DNA of 64,000 bases, from assembly GCA_016176845.1 (NCBI GenBank), contig JACOWJ010000025.1, positions 5,364 through 69,363 of the forward strand, written 5' to 3'. The notes under the pieces are model-generated. The model was not told where the DNA came from, ran no database searches, and saw only the letters and a list, made by a program, of their open reading frames with translations. Shown one piece after another: positions 27,809 through 37,359 of this stretch. Every line of letters starts with the position of its first letter. Within the stretch, counting starts at the first letter, position 1. The stretch is from Nitrospinota bacterium. Lineage in GTDB: Bacteria; 2-12-FULL-45-22; JACOWJ01. The translations under genes and the position numbers were made by a program.

Positions 27809-30688
27809 CTAATCCCGATAGAGCTCCTCATCGCTGATGCCGGGATCCATGATCACGGGGAGCAGCCGAATGCCGTTGGCCTGGCCCTTGATATCGATCA
27901 CCAGCGGGAAGTGTTTCTTCAAGAAGGGAACGGGGAAAACCAGTTCTCCGGTAGGCCCTTTGGTGCCCAGGCCCATCGTGCCCTGGGTGTCCCAGGGGCT
28001 GTAATAGATCTTGCCTAGTGCAAGCTGGTTATTCTCCCAAAAACGATAATCGAAAACGTAATCGCGGTTTCGAACTTCCCCCTTCATGGACACAGGTCGT
28101 CCCAGAAGTTCAAACTGGTCGGGTTGGTCCTTGTCCCTGTTCCCCTTCACATCCAGATTGACCAGCAGGCCAGGAAGGGGATGTGTCTTTGAGCCCATGA
28201 TCATAGGGCTCCGATCATCGCTGTCCAGGCTACTCTCCTGGTCCGGGGTCAGCAGTTCCAGCTCTACCTTTAGCCTGCTGTCCCGCTTCTGCCCGGATGG
28301 AGGGATTAAGCCGGGGAGGCTTCCAAAATGGAAGCCGGTGCTGCTGAGGTTAAACAATCCCCTCTCCTCGTATTGGGTCAGCAGCTTGATCAGCCCCCCG
28401 TCCAATCCCTTCTTGCCCTCTTCCCCCGCCTCATAGTTGGCCTCCCAGAGCAAGGCCGAGAATCGGGCCAGAAGGTCCTCTTTCACCGGGTATTCCCTTT
28501 CTTTCAGACGGTCATCGGCCATCCGATAGGCGATCTTGAGCCGATCCGGAGTGGGGAAAGCGATCCCCTTTTTGGCCAGCTCCCCATTGGAGATGTCATC
28601 GTCGAAAAGCTCGACTTTGAGGTTTAGCCCCTGTGGGCCATAGAGGAACGGGTGGCTCTTCAGGTAGGCCTTGCTGACCCATTCCTCCTTGGGGAGGGGC
28701 AAATCCTTCAGCGCTTTGGGAAGCAAAGCTTCGGGCGCCCGCCCCAGGGAGGTCTCCTCCATGGAGGACTTATCGCCGCCTCCTTTCTCCTGAGCCAGCA
28801 TCTTTTTGGCCACATCCGAGGAGGGATAGAGCTGCAAAAGGCTGGAATGGTAAAAGGTCTTCTCTCCTTCATCCCGGCTCTTCCTGGCCAGGTGAAGCAA
28901 GCTTTCGGCGGCCTTCTCTTCCAACTCCTTCATCTTTTCGGGAGAGGGTTGGCCGGCCTTTTGGTAATGAAGCCGAGCCCGGTGGTAATCCCGTTTCTTC
29001 TCGTAGGCCTCGGCCAGGACTCGATGGACCTCCGCGCTCTTCTCCGCGCTGGGGTGATTGGCCAGGTAAAACTCCCCCATGGCGATGAGAGCGCTGTTAT
29101 TTAAGGATTTCCGCAGGACAACGAGATCGAAGGTCCGCCGTAGCATGCCGTTCGGGTTGAGTTTGCGGAGCCGATTGGTCAGGCCCAGGGAGTCCCGAGC
29201 CACATCGAAGTAATCCCGGTTCTCCAAGTCCCAGTTCAACTCGAGCCTCTTTCCCAAGATTATATACTCCAGGGTGGAGCGATTCTCTCCCTTCTTTAAG
29301 GCCTCGAAAGTGGCAAAAGGGTCGTAACCCGGGTCCTTGAGGAGGGCCTGCGCGCGAAGGGCCATATTAGAGCCCCTCTTCTCGGCCGCCAGAGACTCCA
29401 ACACTTGCCGGGAGCCTTGGGGATTCCCTTCCCATTGGTAGGCCAGGGCTAAAGCCTCTTTCGCCTCATCCGCCAGGGGGTTATCCCCATGCTTTTGCGA
29501 GAAGCGCTCGGAGAGCTCTCTGAGCCTCTTTTTATCCCTGGCCGTCAGGGCATAAAGGATCTCTTCGTACTCCCGTTGCACCTCCGGCGGCTGTTGGAGC
29601 TCTATCCCTTTGTCGGATACCGCCTCGGTTTGCCGTAGCTTCTCTTGGAAGGACTTTTCCTTCTCCTCGGTTGCCCTTAAGCCCTGGTGAGCCTTCCTCG
29701 ACCCCGGACGTAGCGCCAGGGCTTTCCGGGAATAATAGAGACTTTGGTGGGTTTCTCCTTCCTTCAGGGCTTCCTGTGCCCTCCGGAGCTCTCTCTGGAA
29801 GAGATATTGGTCCATCTTTTGCCGCAATCTCTCTGCCCTGGCTTCTGCCGTGGCGGCCTCTTTGCTTTGAGGCCATTTCCTGAGGAAGGTATCGTATAGG
29901 TGCAGGGCCTTTCTCTCCCGTGGGTCGATCTGATCCAATTCGCGGAAGAACCTCTGAAAATCTCCCAAAAAGGAGAAGGCCCTCTCCCCTATCTTGGGGA
30001 GGGCGCCAAAAGGGACCGTGGCCAGGTCGGCCAATCCAAAGCCGTTGATGATATTCAGATTGTAAGCAAAGATATTATAGAACTTTCCGATCTTGATGCT
30101 GCGATCCTCTCGCAGGAGTCGATCCGCCTCGTTCAACTCGTCCTCCCGCAGTCGCTTCAGAACAAGCCTCTCTAAGGCGGGGTCCCGGGCTATTTTCAGG
30201 CTCTCCCTCTGGGCCGCAAGATATTGATCCCGGTCCTTCCACCGAAGGCTCCTCAGATCGAGCAGATCGGCGGCCAAGGCGGACATCTCCCCCGAATCAT
30301 TCTTCCTCTGGCGATCCGGGTCGCGCAGGGAAAGGTAGCCAGTCTCCACCTTGGCCCAATCGCCCAGGAGGGCAGCCTCCATGGCCTCCTTCAGTTTCAC
30401 CTCCATCTCGTCAGATCCGGCAGGAGGAATGGGGATCGCCGGCCCTTCTGCAAACGGAAAGGCCAGCGGATCCGCAGGCCTGAGATCACTCCCTGGGGAG
30501 GAAAAGGCCGGCAAAGGAAACCAGATGACTACCAGAAGACAAAACCCCCATAATCCCCATTTTCTCAAAGGCCTTCCGCGCTTTTTTGTCTCTTTTATCC
30601 CACACATGCTGACCACCCCATAAACGAGAACCTCTTGGGCCTTCCGATTGGATCCCCTGAAACGCCTTGCCGTCTTCCTTCCGCTCAA
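27809..30688 (-). CDS. Large exported TPR-repeat protein (paralogue of 42434-44938)
   Basis: Signal-like hydrophobic stretch, helical TPR-like repeats, shared GLNLKVELFDDD..NGE motif. Confidence 0.75.
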   Translation of the reverse strand: MSGRKTARRFRGSNRKAQEVLVYGVVSMCGIKETKKRGRPLRKWGLWGFCLLVVIWFPLPAFSSPGSDLRPADPLAFPFAEGPAIPIPPAGSDEMEVKLKEAMEAALLGDWAKVETGYLSLRDPDRQRKNDSGEMSALAADLLDLRSLRWKDRDQYLAAQRESLKIARDPALERLVLKRLREDELNEADRLLREDRSIKIGKFYNIFAYNLNIINGFGLADLATVPFGALPKIGERAFSFLGDFQRFFRELDQIDPRERKALHLYDTFLRKWPQSKEAATAEARAERLRQKMDQYLFQRELRRAQEALKEGETHQSLYYSRKALALRPGSRKAHQGLRATEEKEKSFQEKLRQTEAVSDKGIELQQPPEVQREYEEILYALTARDKKRLRELSERFSQKHGDNPLADEAKEALALAYQWEGNPQGSRQVLESLAAEKRGSNMALRAQALLKDPGYDPFATFEALKKGENRSTLEYIILGKRLELNWDLENRDYFDVARDSLGLTNRLRKLNPNGMLRRTFDLVVLRKSLNNSALIAMGEFYLANHPSAEKSAEVHRVLAEAYEKKRDYHRARLHYQKAGQPSPEKMKELEEKAAESLLHLARKSRDEGEKTFYHSSLLQLYPSSDVAKKMLAQEKGGGDKSSMEETSLGRAPEALLPKALKDLPLPKEEWVSKAYLKSHPFLYGPQGLNLKVELFDDDISNGELAKKGIAFPTPDRLKIAYRMADDRLKEREYPVKEDLLARFSALLWEANYEAGEEGKKGLDGGLIKLLTQYEERGLFNLSSTGFHFGSLPGLIPPSGQKRDSRLKVELELLTPDQESSLDSDDRSPMIMGSKTHPLPGLLVNLDVKGNRDKDQPDQFELLGRPVSMKGEVRNRDYVFDYRFWENNQLALGKIYYSPWDTQGTMGLGTKGPTGELVFPVPFLKKHFPLVIDIKGQANGIRLLPVIMDPGISDEELYRD

Positions 30689-30691
30689 GGA

Positions 30692-31651
30692 CTACTGGCT
30701 GATCTTCCTGATCGTCCGGATATAAGAAACCAAAGCCTTCACCTTCTCTTTGGCTTCCAGTTTCTCTGAGATTCCATCTCTGTTGGCTACCGACTCATAC
30801 AGCTCCAAGGCTGCATCGGCAAATTTCTCGAACTCCTTTAAATCAAACTTCAGTCCGTGGGGATCCTTCTCCTCCGCATAGCGGGAGGCCATGCTGACGT
30901 AGAAATCACCAAAACGGAGCAGGTACCGATTGATGTTCTTGCTCTCCGCATGTCTGGAGATCAGGGTGTTATAGTGCTGGATAGCCAGCCCCGCATCCTT
31001 CCAATCGCCCATATGGGACTGGATAACTGCGACCTTCTCCCCCTCCACCTTTTCCTGTTGCTCCCGGGCCAGATATTCGTAAGGGGTTCCCTTATGTTTC
31101 TCGATCATCTGCTCCCATCCCTGGATCTTCTTTTCAAGTGCGCCCAGGTACTCCTGTGGAAGCGAATCATCCTGAGCCCTTTGGATCATTTCCTTAAACT
31201 CCAGGCAGATGGCGTGGTTCTTTTTGGCCAACTCTGCCAGGGGAGAAGGAACCTTCAAGACATCTTCGTAGCTTTGGATGGCCAGGTCGTATTCGTGCAG
31301 CTTCTCGTACGCCTTGGCCTTATTGAAGCTAATGATCGGTTTAAATTTGTTGTTCGGATAGATCTTCTCGTAGTTGTTGAGACGAATGAGAGTAACCTTA
31401 TAAAGGCTCCTTCCCGATACGTCTCTCACCACTTGAAACCGGTAGGTGTCGTCTTCCAAATGCCTTTGAAAATCGCTCAGGATCTCTACCAACGTCTCCG
31501 AGGGGCGATATTTGATCTCCCGCCTGTAGGCCGTGCACCCCACCCCTATGCCCACGACGATCAGGATAATCACCCATCCCCAGGGAATCCAAGCCCCCGC
31601 GGCTCCCCTTAAGAAGCGAAGTTTCTGCGTAATGCCTCTGATGATCTCCAT
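30692..31651 (-). CDS. TPR lipoprotein (paralogue of 45151-46122)
   Basis: GVGC lipobox; YRPSETLVEILSDFQRHLEDDTYRF. Confidence 0.8.
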   Translation of the reverse strand: MEIIRGITQKLRFLRGAAGAWIPWGWVIILIVVGIGVGCTAYRREIKYRPSETLVEILSDFQRHLEDDTYRFQVVRDVSGRSLYKVTLIRLNNYEKIYPNNKFKPIISFNKAKAYEKLHEYDLAIQSYEDVLKVPSPLAELAKKNHAICLEFKEMIQRAQDDSLPQEYLGALEKKIQGWEQMIEKHKGTPYEYLAREQQEKVEGEKVAVIQSHMGDWKDAGLAIQHYNTLISRHAESKNINRYLLRFGDFYVSMASRYAEEKDPHGLKFDLKEFEKFADAALELYESVANRDGISEKLEAKEKVKALVSYIRTIRKISQ

Positions 31652-31754
31652 GTCTTGTCAGTAATTTAAGAGATTTTATCCGTCTGTCAACTTCTCAACC
31701 TTGGGCCATTCGCAGCGGTTCGAAGATTTTTTGGAAGGCTTCAGAAAAATTTTC

Positions 31755-31783
31755 TTGCTTTTTAGGATCGCTTCGGCTATAAA
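31755..31783 (+). promoter_or_regulatory. sigma70-type promoter
   Basis: TTGCTT-17 nt-TATAAA upstream of the PxxKW gene. Confidence 0.55.
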
Positions 31784-31957
31784 TAACGTTTATTTTGTCT
31801 CAAATTCTGGCTGAGCAGGGCCTCGTCCGGGATTCCAGATGAAATCGAATTTTTCAAGCTTCCAGGGTGAGAGCATTACCCCATGCGCTTGCTCGTTGCG
31901 GGGAATCTGTGGGAAATCCTCACCCTCTCGTTCAATTAAGAAGGAAGAGGCGAAAAG

Positions 31958-32239
31958 ATGGATTGTAACACCGTTAAGCCAGGAGTCGATTGTCTGTTTA
32001 TGAGCAATAGTGGCTGCGCTTACAATGGCGGCAGTTGCCACCAAATCGTGGAGCAATGCCAGGGCTGCAACCATGTGATTACCTATCCGGCCGGACAATA
32101 TTGTCGGACTTATTCGGATCCTTCCGTAAAATGGATCGATGCGCGCTGCAATTTCGCCACCCATAACCGAATCGAAACCAGGGAAGAACGAAAGAAGCTA
32201 AACCCCCTCAAGGCCTCCAAAAGGAGCCGTGGAAAGTAG
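31958..32239 (+). CDS. PxxKW family cysteine-rich protein
   Basis: Eight Cys, PSVKW, CNFATH, KKLNPLKASKR tail. Confidence 0.85.
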   Translation: MDCNTVKPGVDCLFMSNSGCAYNGGSCHQIVEQCQGCNHVITYPAGQYCRTYSDPSVKWIDARCNFATHNRIETREERKKLNPLKASKRSRGK

Positions 32240-32245
32240 ACCAGG

Positions 32246-32333
32246 CGTTGGGTTCAGGGCTCTGGGTTTGGCAACCCCGAAGGCTGGAGCCCTGAACCCG
32301 ACGACCTGGCATACAGATCGTATAGGAATTTCC
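32246..32333. terminator. Hairpin between convergent genes plus a copy of the cassette tail motif
   Basis: GGGTTCAGGGCTC...GAGCCCTGAACCC, then GATCGTATAGGAATTTCC. Confidence 0.6.
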
Positions 32334-32338
32334 GCCAT

Positions 32339-32755
32339 CTATGAGGTATCCTGATCAGCAAAATTGCTGACCTTCCACGCCCCGCCTTTTTCCCGAAGGG
32401 TGATCAAACACCGCTTCTTATAAGTTCCCGCCTTGGGCACCCGAACCTCTCCCTCGAAGAGAAACACCTTGCGAAGTTTTCCTCTCTCCTTGAAATCGAC
32501 CAGCCGGTAACGGACATCAGGCTTCCGAGTATCCAAGTTAATCTCTACCCCCCGGGTCAGCTCTAGCTGTTGGTCGATCTTGCTCAAGGCGAGGCCTGTA
32601 CAGAGTTCCCTGGCCCCCCGAAGGTCTATGGCAACGTAGTAACGGTCCATGAAACGTCGGGCTATCCCCTCAGGGGTACTGGCTCCCGGGCCACAGGCCC
32701 AGAGCCCCAGGATCCCCACCGCAAGCCCAACCCGAATACTTCGCAAGTGAGCCAT
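32339..32755 (-). CDS. Hypothetical lipoprotein
   Basis: LWAC lipobox after a hydrophobic segment; RBS. Confidence 0.7.
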   Translation of the reverse strand: MAHLRSIRVGLAVGILGLWACGPGASTPEGIARRFMDRYYVAIDLRGARELCTGLALSKIDQQLELTRGVEINLDTRKPDVRYRLVDFKERGKLRKVFLFEGEVRVPKAGTYKKRCLITLREKGGAWKVSNFADQDTS

Positions 32756-32760
32756 CCGTC

Positions 32761-33261
32761 TCAGTTCTCCTTCCCCGATGGGGGCCCCGCCTCTGAAGAG
32801 GTCCCTCCCGCCCCACCGGGTGGGGTCTCCTTCTTTGCCCTGTTGCAATCCTGGAGTCTTCGGCGGTCCTTCCTGGAAAGCTTCTCCACGAGCTTCAAGC
32901 CGCCCAATGGCTGAGAAGTCACCTTGAACTCTCCCTCTCCTCCCCCATGAGAGTTGGGCTGGAAATTGTAGACCTCGTTCTCGCAAAGGTAGATCCAGCG
33001 CTCCTGGTAACCCTCGCTTTTAAAGACCACATAGTCCGGCTTTCCCTCCTCCAGGTAAATCTTGAACTTCTCCATGTGCTGGGGGTAAGGGGAATAGAGG
33101 GTGTCGAAATGGATTAGGCCGCCTTTCCTCGGGGAACATCCACCCAACAGAAACAGCAGGCCCAACCATAGCAAAGCCTTTCCCTTATTGCAGACTCGGT
33201 GTTTTAACACAATTGACTCAAGAACTCCAAAGATTTGCGCGTTGCCCTCCCCTTTGGCCAT
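32761..33261 (-). CDS. Hypothetical lipoprotein
   Basis: LLGGC lipobox; exact start uncertain. Confidence 0.6.
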   Translation of the reverse strand: MAKGEGNAQIFGVLESIVLKHRVCNKGKALLWLGLLFLLGGCSPRKGGLIHFDTLYSPYPQHMEKFKIYLEEGKPDYVVFKSEGYQERWIYLCENEVYNFQPNSHGGGEGEFKVTSQPLGGLKLVEKLSRKDRRRLQDCNRAKKETPPGGAGGTSSEAGPPSGKEN

Positions 33262-33591
33262 GCAAGCTTCAGGGGCTACGATACGGGACTCCTCTCAAGT
33301 GCGCGGTTGCCCTGATTGCGAATCATCATTCAAGGCGAACATCCCCCCGGGAAAGGCGAATCCGGATGCCTTAATTCATCCATATGATAGCACAAATCCG
33401 TTCCCTTGGCCCGATCTGCCCTGTCTCCTCAGGAAAGTAGACAAATTTTGGGGTTTGTCCGGGTTTTATGATATATTATTTTGGTCGCTAAATCGAGACC
33501 GATGCTGTAAAGCTGCGAAGTTTGCCGGGGGATTATGAGGCTCAAATAGATAGAAGGACGAGGTGGCTAACGGGGAGGAAAGGGAAAGAAG

Positions 33592-34617
33592 GTGCTGAAC
33601 AGCTGGCTGTCGGGGCTGATTATCAAGGGAATCGCAATCGATTTGGGTACGGCCAACACCCTAATCTATATCAAAAGCAAGGGCATTGTCTTGGACGAGC
33701 CTTCGGTTATCGCAATTTCTGAGAAAAATAGCTCCGTGTTAGCTGTAGGCCGGGAAGCCAAAGAAATGTACGGAAAGACCCCCGAGTTCATTCGGACCCT
33801 TCGACCTATAAAGGACGGGGTCGTCACGGATTTTGAGGTCACTCAACAGATGATCTCTTCCTTCATCCTGAGGGTCCTGAAAATCCCCTTCCTCAAGCGA
33901 ATTCGGATGATTATCGGCGTCCCCTCCGGTATCACCGAAGTGGAGAAACGGGCCGTGATCGAGGCAGCCAAAAAGGCCCAAGCATGGGAGGTTTACCTGA
34001 TCCCGGAGCCGATGGCCGCGGCCATTGGCTCCGGCCTTCCCATCCACGAGCCCACCGCCCATATGATTGTGGATATCGGAGGCGGGACCACGGAGGCCGC
34101 TGTTATCTGTTCTTACGTCGTCTCCTGTTGGCAATCAATCCGGGTGGGGGGAGATGAGATGGACGAAGCGATTGCTCATTATGTCCGGGAACGGTTCAAC
34201 ATAGACATCGATATTTTCGAGGCCGAGCGGGTCAAAAAGGCCATCGGTTGCGCGATATCCTTGGAAGAAAAGTCGGAAATTGATGTCCGGGGGAAGGATC
34301 TCTCCACCGAGATGCCGAAAATCATCCGGGTCGATAGCGAGATGATCCGTGAAAGCCTTCGGCCCACCCTGATGAGCATCGTTGAGGTAGTTCGCAGAAC
34401 CTTGGAACATATCTCTTCCGCCGTGGCGGCGGATATCTATGACAGGGGACTGACCATTGCCGGCGGTGGCTCCCTCTTGCGAGGCCTGGCTCCTTTCCTG
34501 GAGACAGAAATCAGCCTTCCCGTTCAAATCGCCAAGGATCCCCTGGTGGCCATTGTACGAGGAGCAGGCTTCGTCCTGGAGAATTTCTCCAGGTATCGAC
34601 GGGTCTGCATGCCCTAG
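33592..34617 (+). CDS. mreB: Rod shape-determining actin MreB
   Basis: IDLGTANT, EPSV, EPMAAAIG, DIGGGTT, GGDEMD. Confidence 0.9.
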   Translation: MLNSWLSGLIIKGIAIDLGTANTLIYIKSKGIVLDEPSVIAISEKNSSVLAVGREAKEMYGKTPEFIRTLRPIKDGVVTDFEVTQQMISSFILRVLKIPFLKRIRMIIGVPSGITEVEKRAVIEAAKKAQAWEVYLIPEPMAAAIGSGLPIHEPTAHMIVDIGGGTTEAAVICSYVVSCWQSIRVGGDEMDEAIAHYVRERFNIDIDIFEAERVKKAIGCAISLEEKSEIDVRGKDLSTEMPKIIRVDSEMIRESLRPTLMSIVEVVRRTLEHISSAVAADIYDRGLTIAGGGSLLRGLAPFLETEISLPVQIAKDPLVAIVRGAGFVLENFSRYRRVCMP

Positions 34618-34644
34618 GGCTAAGTACAGCTTATTTCTTGTTCC

Positions 34645-35025
34645 CTATAAGTCGTCGCCCAGGTCGCCTGAGCCCAAGTCCGGCATGGAGGCTTCGATCT
34701 CCTCAGGGCTTTCCCCAGTTTCCAGCCGCTCAACCATCTCGCCGAACTCTTCCCCTAGCTCTTCTCCCGACTCCTGTCCCATCTTCTTCATCCAGCGGGC
34801 GAGACTGCGAGGGTCGTTCTCGTCCAAGTCCCCCAGGTTCCCGGGATCCGCCAGGGCATCCAGCCGGCTTTCCTCCGATTTGATCACGCTCACTCGGGAG
34901 ATAAGCCGCCGCAGGTCCCCACCGCCACAATGAGGGCAGGAGGCCTCACGGCTGGCGGAAATCGTCTTCCATAACTTGGAGAAACGCCTCTGGCAGCTGT
35001 TGCAGACATATTCATAGATCGGCAC
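34645..35025 (-). CDS. FmdB family zinc-ribbon protein
   Basis: (M)PIYEYVCNSC..CPHCG. Confidence 0.85.
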   Translation of the reverse strand: MPIYEYVCNSCQRRFSKLWKTISASREASCPHCGGGDLRRLISRVSVIKSEESRLDALADPGNLGDLDENDPRSLARWMKKMGQESGEELGEEFGEMVERLETGESPEEIEASMPDLGSGDLGDDL

Positions 35026-35071
35026 CTGTGGACTCCCCTTTGCTAAGTACCGCTCCACCGCGATCAAGATA

Positions 35072-35169
35072 TGGCGGAAGCGCGTGGGAGTCGAACCCAC
35101 CGAGGACTTTATTAGAGCCCGCCACTGGATTTGAAGTCCAGGAGGGACACCGGAACCCTTTGCGCTTCC
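35072..35169 (-). tRNA. selC: tRNA-Sec (anticodon UCA)
   Basis: 8-bp acceptor GGAAGCGC/GCGCTTCC, GGACTTCAAATCC anticodon arm, long variable arm, GGTTCGACTCC, encoded CCA. Confidence 0.95.
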
Positions 35170-35285
35170 TTGCCGGTTATTTTAAGGACCTTTCCTGCTC
35201 CTGTCAAGTCTTCTCCATCGAACCCCCACCAAGGACCTCCATGACCGAAAAAGCCAAGGAGAACAGGGAGTTTCGGGATAGACCG

Positions 35286-36329
35286 TTAAAGCTGCTGCCA
35301 ATACTCCAGGGGCATGTCCATGGCCAACTTCAAGGCACCCTGGGCCCCGGCATAGATCGGATCGTCCACCACGATGACCTTTCCCCCGCCCAGATCCGCC
35401 ATGTTCTCTTCCAGAAGCTTATCCAGCCTCCGGATCTGGCTGCATCCCCCGGCCAGGATGACATTGTTGCGGAGCGTGGTCTGGAACTCCGGATCGAAAC
35501 TGCCGACCAGCTCACGGATAGCCTCCACGATGTCGGGCACGATGCTTTCGCAGGCCCGTTTCATCTCGTCGGTGACATCGTAGGGGACCAGCTTCCCCCT
35601 TACGGGGAATTCCGCCACCACGCCGTCCGGGGTATGAGAGACGAATCCGTGCTTTTCTTTGCAGAGGCGGGCCATATTCCGGGTTAGTTGGGCCTCCTTG
35701 CATTTCTCCTGCAGGAGCCGATAAAGCAGCTCGTCGATATAGTCCCCAGCTTTGAGGACCGTGCGCTGATCCTCCTCCTCAGGGATCGTACCATGCATCC
35801 GGCATAGATCGGTCGTTCCCGCTCCGATGTCAATGATCAGCCCGTACTTGAGGAAATCACGTCCGTAGGCCACAGTAAAGGGCTCGGAGACCACCATGGC
35901 CGCGTCCAGCACCTCCCGACTCGCATCGATCAGGGCCTCTTTGTTGAAGAGATTGGCACGAGCTGGCGCTCCGATCACCCCGTAGACCTTCTCGCCAGGT
36001 GTGGGCTCCGCCAGGCTGACCAGGTGTCGAACCAACTCCTTGGCCGCCTGGCGGGCCTGCCCCTTCTCTTCGGGGCTGGCGCTGCTCTCATCCTCCAGGG
36101 TGTGCTTGATTACCCCTTTCTCCAGAGGGCGGCAGAGATTCAAGAGCAGGCGGTTTTCCAAGGCCTCTTCCCCAAAAACGATGGACCGTTGGTTCATTAG
36201 CCTTTGAGCAATGGCATCTTTGGGCCACCCCACCAGGCTGAGCAAGGTCTTTTTCCCCCCTTTGCTGGTACAGATGGAGCTCCGAAAGGTCCCCAGGTCG
36301 ATCCCAATGTAGAGGTTCTCTCCTCTCAT
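35286..36329 (-). CDS. MamK-like actin ATPase (alternative start 36380)
   Basis: IGIDLGT, SLVGWPKD..FGEEALE..RPLEKGVI, VVSEPF, IDIGAGTTD, GGCSQI. Confidence 0.8.
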   Translation of the reverse strand: MRGENLYIGIDLGTFRSSICTSKGGKKTLLSLVGWPKDAIAQRLMNQRSIVFGEEALENRLLLNLCRPLEKGVIKHTLEDESSASPEEKGQARQAAKELVRHLVSLAEPTPGEKVYGVIGAPARANLFNKEALIDASREVLDAAMVVSEPFTVAYGRDFLKYGLIIDIGAGTTDLCRMHGTIPEEEDQRTVLKAGDYIDELLYRLLQEKCKEAQLTRNMARLCKEKHGFVSHTPDGVVAEFPVRGKLVPYDVTDEMKRACESIVPDIVEAIRELVGSFDPEFQTTLRNNVILAGGCSQIRRLDKLLEENMADLGGGKVIVVDDPIYAGAQGALKLAMDMPLEYWQQL

Positions 36330-36405
36330 CGCCCCTTCCTCCTTCATCGAAACAGGAGAGCCTTCTCCCTGCTCTACCATCGTCCTGTTCCTCCTATGGC
36401 CTCTG

Positions 36406-37097
36406 TCATTTCGGTTCCCCTTCGACATGGTTCAAACAAGAACGGATCTGCTCCAGGCCCTCCCTGAGGACTGCCAGGGCCTTTCGGACTTCTTCCTCTC
36501 GGCCGGGTCCTTTCCCCCGCAATTCGAGAGGAGCCTCTTTGGCCAGATTATTCTCTCCGCCCACTGGACGAGTTTTTTTTTTGTGCTGGCGACCACCCCT
36601 AACTTTTCCAGCTTCCAAAGACCTCCTTTCGGGCCTGGAGGATTTACCCCTCCTTGAATAGGCTCGCTCCCCTCGTCAGAACTGATGGGAACTTGCTCCA
36701 GAGATTCGGGGAAACCCCCCTCCACGCTGGGAGAATCCACCGAACCTTTTTTTCCCGTGAAAATGACCGAGTCTTCCATGAGCCCATTTTCCTGCTTGGG
36801 GGCGGTCAACTCGACTTTGCCATGGTTTAGTTCGCCCCTCTGAGGAGGTAGATCGCCCTGGCTGTCGCGGGCTCCGACCCCCTCCCCATTTCGGCTCAAG
36901 TCGATTCCGATACGGAGGCCTTCAGGCTCGCACCAGATACGGACGCAAACCTCCCTTTTCCCGTCGAGGAGCTCCTTCAATAGCTCTAACCATTCCATCA
37001 GGATCAGATCCCTCTGGACGGCGCTCCATCGAGCGAAGGCGACCGTCGCGTAAGGTTCCCTGGCGCGAGGAAGAGGACCCAAAATGGTGAGGGCCAA
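36406..37097 (-). CDS. Hypothetical protein upstream of the MamK-like gene; possible slippage at an A10 tract
   Basis: Overlapping ORFs 36432-37097 and 36406-36618 meet at T10 (36573-36582). Confidence 0.45.
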
Positions 37098-37359
37098 AGA
37101 CCCTTCATCCTCCCTCTCAGATAAAAAGTTAAAGTATAGCTAGCTAAGCTAGAAAATTTCTCGCTATTTGTCAAGCTTTTCCCTTTCACCTTGTGGGGTG
37201 GCTGATCCTGTGCTATATTTTCTCCTAGATTTTAGGCGGCCTTACTCCGTTCCGGAGGTCGGTCAGGCCGCTCTCACCTCTGGCTTACATCCGAGGGTTT
37301 TTACCACAAACTTTCGAAATGGACCAACCCCGCTTTGGACGTAAACATCTGGCAAATCG

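Noticed and set aside
35072-35169. tRNA-Sec as the integration site of a genomic island
   Set aside because: No duplicated tRNA 3' end and no integrase in the window
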